Origin: an uncultured Gemmatimonadales bacterium
GTDB lineage: Bacteria > Gemmatimonadota > Gemmatimonadetes > Gemmatimonadales > Gemmatimonadaceae
Length of the DNA: 64,000 nucleotides
Direction: 5' to 3'
NCBI GenBank assembly: GCA_963701965.1
Contig: OY969695.1
Coordinates: 768,001-832,000, forward strand
The notes beneath the pieces were generated by a model that was not told the origin of the DNA, ran no database searches, and saw only the letters and a program-made list of their open reading frames with translations. Below, piece by piece: positions 17,832-27,473 of this stretch. Position numbers and translations under genes: made by a program. Every line of letters begins with the position of its first letter. Within the stretch, counting starts at the first letter, position 1.

Positions 17832-20480
17832 ATGCTTACCAGCAACCGGAGTGCGGTGCGGTACTCTGCCATAACGCTCGCCCTTTTGTGCGCCGTCCGT
17901 CCACTCGGCGCGCAAGACCGCGGCCGAGGGCCGCACGCGGAGCCCGCTCCTGGACGCATCGTGCCTGCGCCCGCTCCCCCGACGGCTGACCTACCCGAGT
18001 CGGTGACGGTTGTCCCGGAACCCGAGTACCGGGCCCGGTGGTGGCGCGTGCTGTTCAACGGGGCACATTATCGCGATCTCTGGGCGACCCCGATCCGGGT
18101 TCCCGTCATCGATCTCGCGCGCTACGGCGGAGGGCTCACGCCGGTCGAGACCGGCGGAGGCCAGCAGACGATCTCCCTGCATCTCAAGGGTGCCGACGGC
18201 ATCGAGTACGTCCTGCGTTCGGTCGACAAGCGACCGAAACTCCCGGAGGAACTCCACCGGACGGTGGTCGAAGATGTCGTCCGGGACGAGATCAGCGCGA
18301 CCCATCCGTCGGCCGCACTCGTCGTCGCGCCGCTGCTCGATGCGGCCGGAGTCCTGCACGTCAAGCCGTCGCTCGTCGTGATTCCCGATGATCCGCGTCT
18401 GGGGCCATACCGCGCCGAGTTCGCCGGGATGCTGGCCGAGCTCGAAGGACGCCCCAAGACGAAGGACGGCGAGGAAGGGTTCGAGGGCGCGTCGAAGGTC
18501 GAGAAGACGGAAAAACTGTTCGGCGACCTCAATATCAGCGCATCCAATCGCGTCGACGCGCGCGGCTACCTCACGGCGCGCCTCATGGACTTTTACGTCG
18601 GCGACTATGATCGCAATGCCTCGCAATGGCGGTGGGCCCGATTCGGCGGCAAGGACGACCGGCTGTGGAGGCCGATCCCGCTCGACCGCGACTGGGCGTT
18701 CATGCGCTCGGACGGCCTGCTCTCCGCCGCCGGGCGTATGGAGATTCCGCAGCTGCTCGTGTTCGGCCCCAAGTATCCGGACCTGCTCGGGCTGACGTAT
18801 GAGGAATGGGACCAGGACCGGCGACTCCTCCAGTCCCTCGAGCGTCCCGTGTTCGATTCGGTCGCGCGCTGGCTGCAGCGCGCGCTGACGGACTCGGTGA
18901 TCGCCGACGCGGTCGCCCACATGCCCGTCGAAGAGCAGGCCAAGGGTGCCCCACCGATGATCGCCGCGCTCCGGGCTCGACGCGCGCAGCTTCCGGCAAT
19001 CGCCGACGCGTTCTATCGCCAGATGGCGTGGGACGCCGATGTGCATGCGACCACCGAGGCATCGATCATCGCGATCGCGCGCCGGCCCGACACCCTGGAG
19101 ATCCGGATGCGCCGCGGCGACGCCGACACCACGGATCCCTATTTCGTGCGCCGCTTCGTGCGTGGGGAGACGCACGAGGTGCGGATCTATCTCGACGGCG
19201 GCCCCGATCGTATCACCTTACACGGCGACGACAATGGCGTGAACCTGCGCGTCATTGCGGGAGCCAACGGCGATACGCTGACCGACTCGGCGACCGATCG
19301 CGCCGGGAAGACCATCGTGTACGACAACGACCATCCGGTGCAGATCGCGGACGGGGTGCGCGCTCCCGCAGTCGACAGTCGGCACTGGCAGCGGCCCAAG
19401 ACCGTGCCGGGGCCGTTGGACCGCGATGTGGGACAATGGTGTGTGACGCTTCCCGGCGCCCAGGGCGGATCCGACGCGGGCGCCGCCATCGGCCTGACCC
19501 TGACCTGCGACGAGTTCGGGTTTCGCCGGAGTCCGTGGGCGCTGGAGAATGCCATTTCAGTGGGCTACGTCACCGGCACGGGCGGGGGCTCGATCGACTA
19601 TCTGGGCCAGCTCCGCCCGGTGGGCGGTCACGAGATCTGGTCCCTGCATGCGACGGCGGTCAGCTCGCAGTTCAACTGGTTCTTCGGGATGGGGAACAAC
19701 ACGACGTTCAACAACAGTTCGAACGCTGGCGAGACCTTTTACCGCGGGCGGCAGTTGTACGCCGAGCTCAATCCCGGCCTTACGATCCCGTTCGACCGCT
19801 ATACGACGGTCACCGTCTCGCCGTACGTGCGGTACTGGGACACCAGCGTGTTGGGCGGGTTCATCAATGCTACACGCCCGTACGGCGTTGGTCCGTTCGG
19901 ATCGATTGGGGCCACGGTCGAGACCCGGTTCGACACGCGCGACACGACGACGTACGCGACCCGGGGGTTCTTCCTGCACGTGACCGGTCGGGCGACTCCC
20001 GCCGTGTGGAATGTGCAGGATCCGTATGGCAAGGTGCGGGCGACCGCGACGACGTATCTGACCGCCGGCGCGCTGCCGTTCCACCCGACGCTCGCGCTGC
20101 GCGTCGGTGGCGAGAAAGTCTGGGGCATGGCGCCATTCCAGGATCTCGCGCACATTGGCGCCGACGCGCCGGGCGAGCCATCCAGCGTTCGGGGCTACAT
20201 CGCCGACCGATTCACGGGCAACGCGGCAGCATTTGGCAACGCCCAGCTCGAGGTTCCCCTGGGTCGGCCGAAGCTCCTGGTCCCGACCGAGGTCGGCCTG
20301 CTGGCGATCAATGACATCGGGCGCGTCTTCGTGCCGAATGATGTCCCGTCGCACTGGCACGATGGCGTCGGCGGCGGATTCTTTCTCGCGCCCGTCGATC
20401 GACGGTTCACCGCGAGCGCCACGCTCGTTCACGGGACGGATGGGACACGACTCTACTTCGGGTCTGGGCTTGGACTTTAG
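17832..20480 (+). CDS. Secreted/outer-membrane protein with a kinase-like N-domain and an Omp85(BamA/TamA)-like barrel
   Basis: Signal peptide. GGGQQT...LRSVDK...DYDRNASQWRW...PLDRD. C-terminal beta-strands with an SVRGY motif. Confidence 0.75.
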   Translation: MLTSNRSAVRYSAITLALLCAVRPLGAQDRGRGPHAEPAPGRIVPAPAPPTADLPESVTVVPEPEYRARWWRVLFNGAHYRDLWATPIRVPVIDLARYGGGLTPVETGGGQQTISLHLKGADGIEYVLRSVDKRPKLPEELHRTVVEDVVRDEISATHPSAALVVAPLLDAAGVLHVKPSLVVIPDDPRLGPYRAEFAGMLAELEGRPKTKDGEEGFEGASKVEKTEKLFGDLNISASNRVDARGYLTARLMDFYVGDYDRNASQWRWARFGGKDDRLWRPIPLDRDWAFMRSDGLLSAAGRMEIPQLLVFGPKYPDLLGLTYEEWDQDRRLLQSLERPVFDSVARWLQRALTDSVIADAVAHMPVEEQAKGAPPMIAALRARRAQLPAIADAFYRQMAWDADVHATTEASIIAIARRPDTLEIRMRRGDADTTDPYFVRRFVRGETHEVRIYLDGGPDRITLHGDDNGVNLRVIAGANGDTLTDSATDRAGKTIVYDNDHPVQIADGVRAPAVDSRHWQRPKTVPGPLDRDVGQWCVTLPGAQGGSDAGAAIGLTLTCDEFGFRRSPWALENAISVGYVTGTGGGSIDYLGQLRPVGGHEIWSLHATAVSSQFNWFFGMGNNTTFNNSSNAGETFYRGRQLYAELNPGLTIPFDRYTTVTVSPYVRYWDTSVLGGFINATRPYGVGPFGSIGATVETRFDTRDTTTYATRGFFLHVTGRATPAVWNVQDPYGKVRATATTYLTAGALPFHPTLALRVGGEKVWGMAPFQDLAHIGADAPGEPSSVRGYIADRFTGNAAAFGNAQLEVPLGRPKLLVPTEVGLLAINDIGRVFVPNDVPSHWHDGVGGGFFLAPVDRRFTASATLVHGTDGTRLYFGSGLGL

Positions 20481-20483
20481 GCG

Positions 20484-21065
20484 CTAGGCCTCCTGACCTT
20501 GCTTGTTCCACCCGTGGAAACGCGACAAGTCACCCGCATCCCATGCCGCGCGCAGTCCAGGGGTACTCAGGTCCCAGTCCGGGCGGATCTCGCGCGTCAC
20601 CGCGCGCAGGTCGTGCCACAGATCGACGACCGACGGGCGTCCCCAGAACCAATAGCCGTTGTAGACGCTGGAGATCACGAGACCAGGCTTGAGCACGAAC
20701 GTGTGCGGAATCATCGCGTTGTGCTCAGGGTCCGTGTACTCCTGGATATCCAGATCCTTCTGAATGGTCCGCTCGACGTCGGAAAGGAACGTCCACGGAG
20801 CGCCGAGGGACGCGCGGAATTCCTGGAGCGTGTGGTGGTCGTCGGTGGTGATCGTGACGATCTGCGTGTACGCCACGGCGATCTTGGGATAGAACGCCGC
20901 GAGCTCCAGATGCTGCTGGTGCTCCTTAGGGCAATAGTGGCCACGCGCGAGCGTGAGGATCAACGGATCGTCCCCCTGGAGCTCGCTGAGCTTGCGCCGA
21001 TGCTCCGTGTGATCAGGCAGCTCGTAGTCGGGAAAGACGCCCCCCGGAACAATATCAGAGCGCAT
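20484..21065 (-). CDS. Redoxin/peroxiredoxin-like protein
   Basis: PDYELPD, RGHYCPK and FLSD motifs. Confidence 0.85.
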   Translation of the reverse strand: MRSDIVPGGVFPDYELPDHTEHRRKLSELQGDDPLILTLARGHYCPKEHQQHLELAAFYPKIAVAYTQIVTITTDDHHTLQEFRASLGAPWTFLSDVERTIQKDLDIQEYTDPEHNAMIPHTFVLKPGLVISSVYNGYWFWGRPSVVDLWHDLRAVTREIRPDWDLSTPGLRAAWDAGDLSRFHGWNKQGQEA

Positions 21066-21073
21066 CGGCGCGA

Positions 21074-21508
21074 TTAGCTATAGAGGTCGAGCGGCGAGGC
21101 GGTAAACGTCGTCTGACCAACTTCAATGAGATACCCGTCCGGGTCCCGGATATAGCATCGGATTTCCGAGACGTGTACTTTCGGCGCGGTAATGAACGTT
21201 GCGCCCCGGGAACGCCACATTTCGTAGAATCGCGCGATATCCGTGACCCTCAGGTTCATGAAGCCGCTCAGCTCGTTGGGATGCTGCGGCGGCGTCGCAA
21301 TGACCTCGGGCTTGTCGTCGGTGGGGCCGCCGCCGACATTGATGCTGAGCCACATGTTGCCGAGTCGCAGATAGGCCGGCTCTCCCAGGGATGCGTCGGC
21401 CTCACGCAATACCGTGGCGCCGAACACGTCGCGGTAAAAGGCTTGCGAGCGCGCGATATCGGCGACGATGAGCGTCATAGTGACCACGAATTCGGGCTGG
21501 GAATGCAT
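21074..21508 (-). CDS. VOC/glyoxalase family protein
   Basis: LIVADIARSQAFY...YIRDPDGYLIEV. Confidence 0.88.
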   Translation of the reverse strand: MHSQPEFVVTMTLIVADIARSQAFYRDVFGATVLREADASLGEPAYLRLGNMWLSINVGGGPTDDKPEVIATPPQHPNELSGFMNLRVTDIARFYEMWRSRGATFITAPKVHVSEIRCYIRDPDGYLIEVGQTTFTASPLDLYS

Positions 21509-21515
21509 TGAGGGC

Positions 21516-21869
21516 ATGATGGCACAGAAGAGCGCGGGGATAGATCCGAGTATCCGACCGAGTGGCGACGGCTGCGTAGAGTGCCTGGCGACAGGCGGTT
21601 GGTGGTTGCACCTGAGGCGTTGTGCGGAGTGCGGACACATCGGCTGCTGCGACACATCGCCGAGCCAACATGCGACCGCACACCATCACGCGACCGGCCA
21701 CCCCATCATAGCGAGTTTCGAGCCGGGCGAGGAGTGGTTCTACGATTACCGCACACAGGGCTTCGTTGACGGTCCTTCCGTCGCCCCACCGCGTTGGCAC
21801 CCGGCGACCCAACCGGTGCCAGGCCCGCAGGGTAAAGTCCCCCGCGACTGGCAGTCACGCCTCCATTAG
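21516..21869 (+). CDS. UBP-type zinc finger protein
   Basis: CVEC...LRRCAECGHIGCCDTSPSQHATAH. Confidence 0.9.
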   Translation: MMAQKSAGIDPSIRPSGDGCVECLATGGWWLHLRRCAECGHIGCCDTSPSQHATAHHHATGHPIIASFEPGEEWFYDYRTQGFVDGPSVAPPRWHPATQPVPGPQGKVPRDWQSRLH

Positions 21870-22624
21870 TCGAGGGGCGCCAGCGCATGGCCCATCGGCG
21901 CGCTCGGGATCCGCATTGGCCCGGCAAAGGGCTCGCTCATTCCCAGGATGAGGAAGATCGCGGCGGAAGCCGACAAGGCCACGACGAACAAGACCGCCAC
22001 GACGGTCAGGTTGAGGCGCGAGAATAGACTGAAACTCATGAAGATCATCGTCAGCCAGAAGACCAACACGACCAGAAACGGCATCGGAATCGAGTTGCGG
22101 GAGTGCTCGAACAGAAGCATGCGCGTCCGCGCCATTTCGGTGCTGATCCCTATGACGCGACCTTTGAGCGAGGTTTGCGCGTCATTCTTCGGCGCGAGTT
22201 TCTGAATCTCCGCAAAGGCCGCTTCTCCCGCGGCCGTGGCTTGGAACGGCCCCGCCGAAGCGCCGTCGCGGCGGTCCGCCTGCCAGATCCGTTCGACCAT
22301 CGGACCAACCGCATCCCGGAGATGACCGCGCGCCGTGTTGGCCTCCGGCCCGTATTGCTTGAGCAGAAGGTCGAGCAAGACGATATCGGCGGTCATCTCC
22401 CGCACTTGATTGCTCTGCGCGTCATAGGAACTCTTCGCCGATGCGATGAGGAGGCCGAGCACCAGAGCCGACATGGTTCCGACGAGTCCGGCACCCAACT
22501 TCACCACCTCCCGGGTATCCTCGGTGAGTACGCGGCCAGGCAGCACGTTGCGAAGGAGAGCCCCGACGAATGCTCCGCCCATCATGACGGCAAAGACGAG
22601 CAAGGATAAGCCAGTGCTGCTCAC
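21866..22624 (-). CDS. DUF4239/bestrophin-like membrane protein
   Basis: GLVGTMSALVLGLLIASAKSSYD plus C-terminal transmembrane segments and PFAG. Confidence 0.75.
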   Translation of the reverse strand: MSSTGLSLLVFAVMMGGAFVGALLRNVLPGRVLTEDTREVVKLGAGLVGTMSALVLGLLIASAKSSYDAQSNQVREMTADIVLLDLLLKQYGPEANTARGHLRDAVGPMVERIWQADRRDGASAGPFQATAAGEAAFAEIQKLAPKNDAQTSLKGRVIGISTEMARTRMLLFEHSRNSIPMPFLVVLVFWLTMIFMSFSLFSRLNLTVVAVLFVVALSASAAIFLILGMSEPFAGPMRIPSAPMGHALAPLD

Positions 22625-22643
22625 GATAGGCTTGACCTCACCG

Positions 22644-23879
22644 TCACAACACGACCTTGACCAACCGATCGAGCAGGTCCGCCATGGAAATCATCGTCAA
22701 CAAGAGCGGCGCGACCGGCAGGAGCGTCACGATCGCGAGTTGGGCCATCATCGTGAGAGTGAAGGGCACCCATCTCATGCCGTTGACCACCTCGAAGCTG
22801 TTACTCAGGTCGGCGAGCGACTGGATGTCGGGACTGCCGACGAAGGGCTCGTCCGCTGGTGCGCCGCCGCGCAACCACTTCCGGTCGTACTCGCGCACGT
22901 ACCGCGCCGCCAGAATGCCGTGCTGGCGCAGACCCCGGCGATGCGCGGCTTCGAGCTGGGGCGTGAATACGAGCATCGGGCCGAGGATCGCCAGCACCAT
23001 CAGGGCGACGAGGCCGGCGAGCTCCACCTTGAACTGTGGCAGACTCGCGCCGGCGTTCAGGATCCGGCCGGCAATCAACCCGGCCAACACCGTCCCTTGA
23101 GCCAGTAACACGGGCAGAAACGCGTATCGCACTGCGGCCAGGAACCCCAGGCCGCCGAAGCGGTCTGGATGCATCGGCATGAGCTCGAGCTCGATACGCG
23201 ACACGCGCCACAGGAAGCGCGCCCAGATGAGGAACCGGAAGTACCAGCGCAGCAGCAGAAATCCCCAGAGCGGCAGGCTCACGCATTCGAGCCACCAGCC
23301 GGCCCAAGTGAGCCGCAGGCCGCCATCGGCCGGCGCCTCGTACCAGTTCGGCGCATCGAGCCCCACCCGCGAGCGCCAGACGAACCACGCCCAGATGTAC
23401 ACGACGACCAGCAGCACCAATTCCGCCACGACCGAATTGCGCAGCCGCATCGCTGAAGCGATCGCCGCGTCGAACGTGGGACGCGCGGTGTCGGGAATCA
23501 GGCCCCGATCCACGAACTGGCGAACCACAGCGGCGATCCGGCGGTGGACCACCAGCTCGGCCACGATCAAGAGCGGCACTGCCACGAGGAGGCGCACGTG
23601 CACATCGACGTCCCTGAGGAACGGCAGCGGGACCCGTCCGCCCCACGCGTGACCCTCCGCGATCGACAACACGAGCAGGGGCGCCCACGCCAACAGCGTG
23701 AGCACGACAACACGACGCCGTAGCAGCTCCAGCGTGTGCCCGACGAGGTGAGTCCGGCGCCAGGCCTGATAGAGCGGCCCGCCAAGGACCAGCGAGAAGG
23801 CAGCCGGATCCTCCGCGAGCGGTTCGATGACTTCGCTCACGTCGCCAACTACAAGCACAAGGCGAGCCACAGGCCACAT
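22644..23879 (-). CDS. Hypothetical polytopic membrane protein
   Basis: Multiple transmembrane segments with HPDRFGGLGF and DIQSLADL. The start is uncertain. Confidence 0.75.
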   Translation of the reverse strand: MWPVARLVLVVGDVSEVIEPLAEDPAAFSLVLGGPLYQAWRRTHLVGHTLELLRRRVVVLTLLAWAPLLVLSIAEGHAWGGRVPLPFLRDVDVHVRLLVAVPLLIVAELVVHRRIAAVVRQFVDRGLIPDTARPTFDAAIASAMRLRNSVVAELVLLVVVYIWAWFVWRSRVGLDAPNWYEAPADGGLRLTWAGWWLECVSLPLWGFLLLRWYFRFLIWARFLWRVSRIELELMPMHPDRFGGLGFLAAVRYAFLPVLLAQGTVLAGLIAGRILNAGASLPQFKVELAGLVALMVLAILGPMLVFTPQLEAAHRRGLRQHGILAARYVREYDRKWLRGGAPADEPFVGSPDIQSLADLSNSFEVVNGMRWVPFTLTMMAQLAIVTLLPVAPLLLTMISMADLLDRLVKVVL

Positions 23880-23947
23880 CGCCAGAGCAAGAGCCGTCGG
23901 CCTCGGCTACGGACTGGTCGTCGGGCGGCGCCATAGGGCGCCGGTCG

Positions 23948-24989
23948 TCACGTCAGTTCGGCCTCTTTGCCGTGAAACTTCCCGTAGCGCTCGACCGCAC
24001 GGGCGAGCGCCGCGGTCTCGCGGCCGGTGAGACGGCGGAACGGAGTCACGGCGACAGTGACGGTGTGGTCGGCGATCCTGCGCCCCCACGTACCGACGAC
24101 CCGGCCGTCGATCACCACCGTGTGCGTGAAGAGGAGATCCTTCTGCTCGCGATCATATATCGCACTGCGGTCCGCGTAGGCGACGATGAACTCGTCGTAG
24201 TTCGGAAGCAAATGCGCCCGCGGGCCACGGAGGGCGGGCACCGACTGCGGACCCCACGAGTACGCCTGGCCGTCAATGGTCCCTGACGCCAGCTCCGATC
24301 CCACGATCGCCAATCCTCGCTTGGCTTGAGCGACGGTCAGGCCCGACCACCAGGCGAAATCCTTGACGGTCGCCGGGCCATGACTGACGAAGAACCGCCG
24401 GGTCAGCGCCGCGAGTGCTTCATCGCGTTCGATCGGCTTCCCCGGTGGCACCCGTTCGTCCAACAACGCATACATCTCGATGCGCGCCATTCACGGCACC
24501 GCTACAGACCACGCCGTCCAACTCGGCGCGCAGCAACAGGTAACTCACCGCGCGCTTGTCGACCTTCCCCAGCACGCGCGCCAGCTCGACCCGCGTCAGT
24601 TGCCGCCCACCCTCGAGCGCCCGCGCAATGGCGGCGTGACTGCGACGGAATGACGCGGCATCAAGGCCCAACTGGCGAAACGGGCCCGCGCATGCGGCGA
24701 GCACGCGGGACGCGGTCAGCGAGAGCATCCAGCGAATGTCCGCCGGTAACACCAGGTGCCACGTGGGACGCAAGACGTGCGTCCGGAGGATGGCGCCTTG
24801 GTTGAACGCACGCTCGACATCGCTATTCGTCAGTGCCGAGGTCCGCTGGGCAACCGCCCACTTCACGGCCGGGAGGTCCTGCGCCTGCACCGCACCGAGC
24901 CAGCCGACCACATCCTCGGCCCGCTCGAACCGCGGCTCAACGAGCGAGTGACAGTAGAGTCGCCGCGCGACGATCTTGGTCAGCGTCAT
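23948..24989 (-). CDS. AlkZ/YcaQ-like winged-helix DNA glycosylase (HTH_42), frameshift near 24485
   Basis: AVQAQD and LRPTWH in one frame, HGPATVKDFAWWSGL and LLPNYDE in the next. Confidence 0.85.
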
Positions 24990-25070
24990 GGTCCGCGGAA
25001 GGCTGGGCACGTCGGGAAAAGCTAATGTGTCGCCAACGGCGCTAAGTTTGTCAGGAGCAGGTGACGCCGC

Positions 25071-26021
25071 ATGAGCCGACGCGGGAGACACTTCATCATG
25101 ATTGTCGGCGCGCTCGCAACAGCCGTGTGCGCCGGGGGAGCAGGCCTGCTCCGTGACCCGCTGCCTCACTTCCTGTCGCGTCGGTCTTCACTCGTCGCGG
25201 CAGAGGCCGCACCGGCAGTTATGGACTCGTCCGGCGTGCTCACGCCAGTCCACCTCACGGCCGTAAGCGGCCTCGAGGTCGATCTCACGGTGCGGCGACC
25301 GCACGGAGCACCCGACGGGGCGCGCCTCCCGCTGATGGTCATTCTCGGCGGACATCTGAACGGGCGCGATGCCGTGCGACTCCTGGGCGAGACGCCTGGC
25401 GTCGTCGTCGCCACGCTTTCGTACCCGTTCACCGGTGATCCGCGCCCGAGCGCTACCACCTTTCTCCGCCAGATCCCCCAAATCCGCGCGGCATTCCTGG
25501 ACACGCCTCCGGCGATCATGGTCGCCGTGGACTACCTCCTGACGCTGTCGTTCGTGGATGCATTGAGAGTCGAGATGATCGGCGTGAGCCTCGGCGCCCC
25601 ATTCGCGACGATCGCGGGTGCGCTCGACCACCGGTTTCAGCGCGTGTGGGTGCTCCACGGATCTGGTGGGTCGTTCCGCCCGCTGAACTCCAACATGCGA
25701 CCGACGATCCGGTTCGCCCCGGCGCGCATCGTCGCGGCGTTCGTCGCCAACGTCGTCATCGCCGGGCCACGTCTCGACCCCGTTCGGTGGGCGCCGCGCA
25801 TCGCGCCACGCCCGTTCATCATGGTGAACGCCGCGTCCGATGAGCGGCTGCCGCGCGAGTCGGTCGAGGCCCTCTACCGGAGCGCCCGCGAACCCAAGGA
25901 GCTCCTGTGGCTGGAGGGCAAGCACATCCACGGCGACCCGGCAACCATTCGCCGACTGGTGAGCATCGTGACGTCCCGCGTCGCACCCGCCGCCCGCGGA
26001 GCCACGTCATGCTTTCGCTGA
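25071..26021 (+). CDS. Alpha/beta hydrolase fold protein
   Basis: GVSLG nucleophile elbow, with downstream D and H. Confidence 0.75.
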   Translation: MSRRGRHFIMIVGALATAVCAGGAGLLRDPLPHFLSRRSSLVAAEAAPAVMDSSGVLTPVHLTAVSGLEVDLTVRRPHGAPDGARLPLMVILGGHLNGRDAVRLLGETPGVVVATLSYPFTGDPRPSATTFLRQIPQIRAAFLDTPPAIMVAVDYLLTLSFVDALRVEMIGVSLGAPFATIAGALDHRFQRVWVLHGSGGSFRPLNSNMRPTIRFAPARIVAAFVANVVIAGPRLDPVRWAPRIAPRPFIMVNAASDERLPRESVEALYRSAREPKELLWLEGKHIHGDPATIRRLVSIVTSRVAPAARGATSCFR

Positions 26022-26042
26022 TGGCTCCTGGCAATAGATTTT

Positions 26043-27164
26043 ATGGGCATGAGTAGCGTCCGAGTTCTCGTGGGCACCCGTAAGGGTGCATTCGTCCTCA
26101 CGTCGGACGGTGGTCGACGGCGGTGGGATGTCAGTGGCCCGTTCTTCGGCGGCTGGGAGATGTACCATGTCAAAGGTTCGCCCGCCGATCCGAACCGGAT
26201 CTATGCGTCGCAGTCACTCTCCTGGTTCGGCCAGCAGGTCCAGCGATCCGACGACGGCGGTCGGACATGGACGCCGGTCGGCAACAAGTTCACGTACGAT
26301 GGAGTGCCCGCTACGCACCAGTGGTACGACGGCACGCCGCACCCATGGGAGTTCAAGCGCGTCTGGCACCTGGAGCCATCGCTCACCGACCCGAACACGG
26401 TCTTCGCCGGCGTGGAGGATGCGGGTCTGTTCCGATCCATGGATGGCGGCGCCACATGGCAGGAGCTCAGTGGACTGCGCGGTCATGGCACGGGCCCCCA
26501 GTGGCAACCCGGCGCGGGCGGCCTGTGCTTGCACACGATTCTCCTCGATCCGACGAAACCAGACAGGATCGTGATCGCGATATCGGCGGCCGGCGCCTTC
26601 CGCTCCGATGACGGCGGGGCGAGCTGGAAGCCGATCAATCGGGGGTTGCGCTCGCAGCACATCCCCGACCCGGCGGCCGAAGTCGGTCATTGTGTACACC
26701 ACATCGCCATGCACCGGGGGCGACCCGACGTGCTGTTCATGCAGAAGCACTGGGACGTCATGCGCAGCGACGACGCCGGCGACTCGTGGCGCGAGATCAG
26801 CGGCACGCTGCCGACCGATTTCGGGTTCGCGATCGACGTCCACGCCCACGAGCCGGACACCGTGTACGTCGTCCCGATCAAGAGCGACTCGGAGCATTAT
26901 CCGCCAGACGGGAAACTCCGCGTATACCGGAGTCGCGCCGGCGGTGATGAATGGGAGGCACTGACAAACGGGTTGCCGCAGCGTGATTGCTACGTGAACG
27001 TGCTGCGCGATGCGATGGCCGTCGACACGCTGGATCACTGCGGCGTGTACTTCGGCACTACGGGGGGCCAGGTCTACGCATCGTCGGACGCGGGCGACAC
27101 CTGGAGCGCGATCGTCCGCGACCTGCCGGCGGTGTTGTCCATCGAGGTGCAGACGCTCTCGTGA
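26043..27164 (+). CDS. BNR/Asp-box beta-propeller protein (exo-alpha-sialidase-like)
   Basis: Repeated SxDGGxxW Asp-boxes. Confidence 0.88.
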   Translation: MGMSSVRVLVGTRKGAFVLTSDGGRRRWDVSGPFFGGWEMYHVKGSPADPNRIYASQSLSWFGQQVQRSDDGGRTWTPVGNKFTYDGVPATHQWYDGTPHPWEFKRVWHLEPSLTDPNTVFAGVEDAGLFRSMDGGATWQELSGLRGHGTGPQWQPGAGGLCLHTILLDPTKPDRIVIAISAAGAFRSDDGGASWKPINRGLRSQHIPDPAAEVGHCVHHIAMHRGRPDVLFMQKHWDVMRSDDAGDSWREISGTLPTDFGFAIDVHAHEPDTVYVVPIKSDSEHYPPDGKLRVYRSRAGGDEWEALTNGLPQRDCYVNVLRDAMAVDTLDHCGVYFGTTGGQVYASSDAGDTWSAIVRDLPAVLSIEVQTLS

Positions 27165-27457
27165 TTCGCGTCGTGCTTCCCCACCATCTGCGGACGCTGG
27201 CCAGCGTCAATGACGAGGTAGCGCTCGACGTCGTAGGCCAGGCTACGCAACAGTCGATCCTCGACGCGCTCGAAGCGCGCTACCCAGTGCTCAAGGGCTC
27301 GATACGCGACCACGATACGCGGCGCCGGCGCCCGCTCGTCCGGTTCTTTGCGTGCGCGGACGACGTCTCGCACCGGCCGCCCGACGAGCCACTGCCCGAG
27401 GCCATCGCCTCAGGGGCCGAGCCTTTTCTCATCATCGGCGCCATCGCCGGCGGCTAG
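27161..27457 (+). CDS. MoaD/ThiS ubiquitin-like protein
   Basis: GTG start overlaps the upstream stop. C-terminal GAIAGG. Confidence 0.88.
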   Translation: MIRVVLPHHLRTLASVNDEVALDVVGQATQQSILDALEARYPVLKGSIRDHDTRRRRPLVRFFACADDVSHRPPDEPLPEAIASGAEPFLIIGAIAGG

Positions 27458-27473
27458 CTCGAGGACCGGCCGA

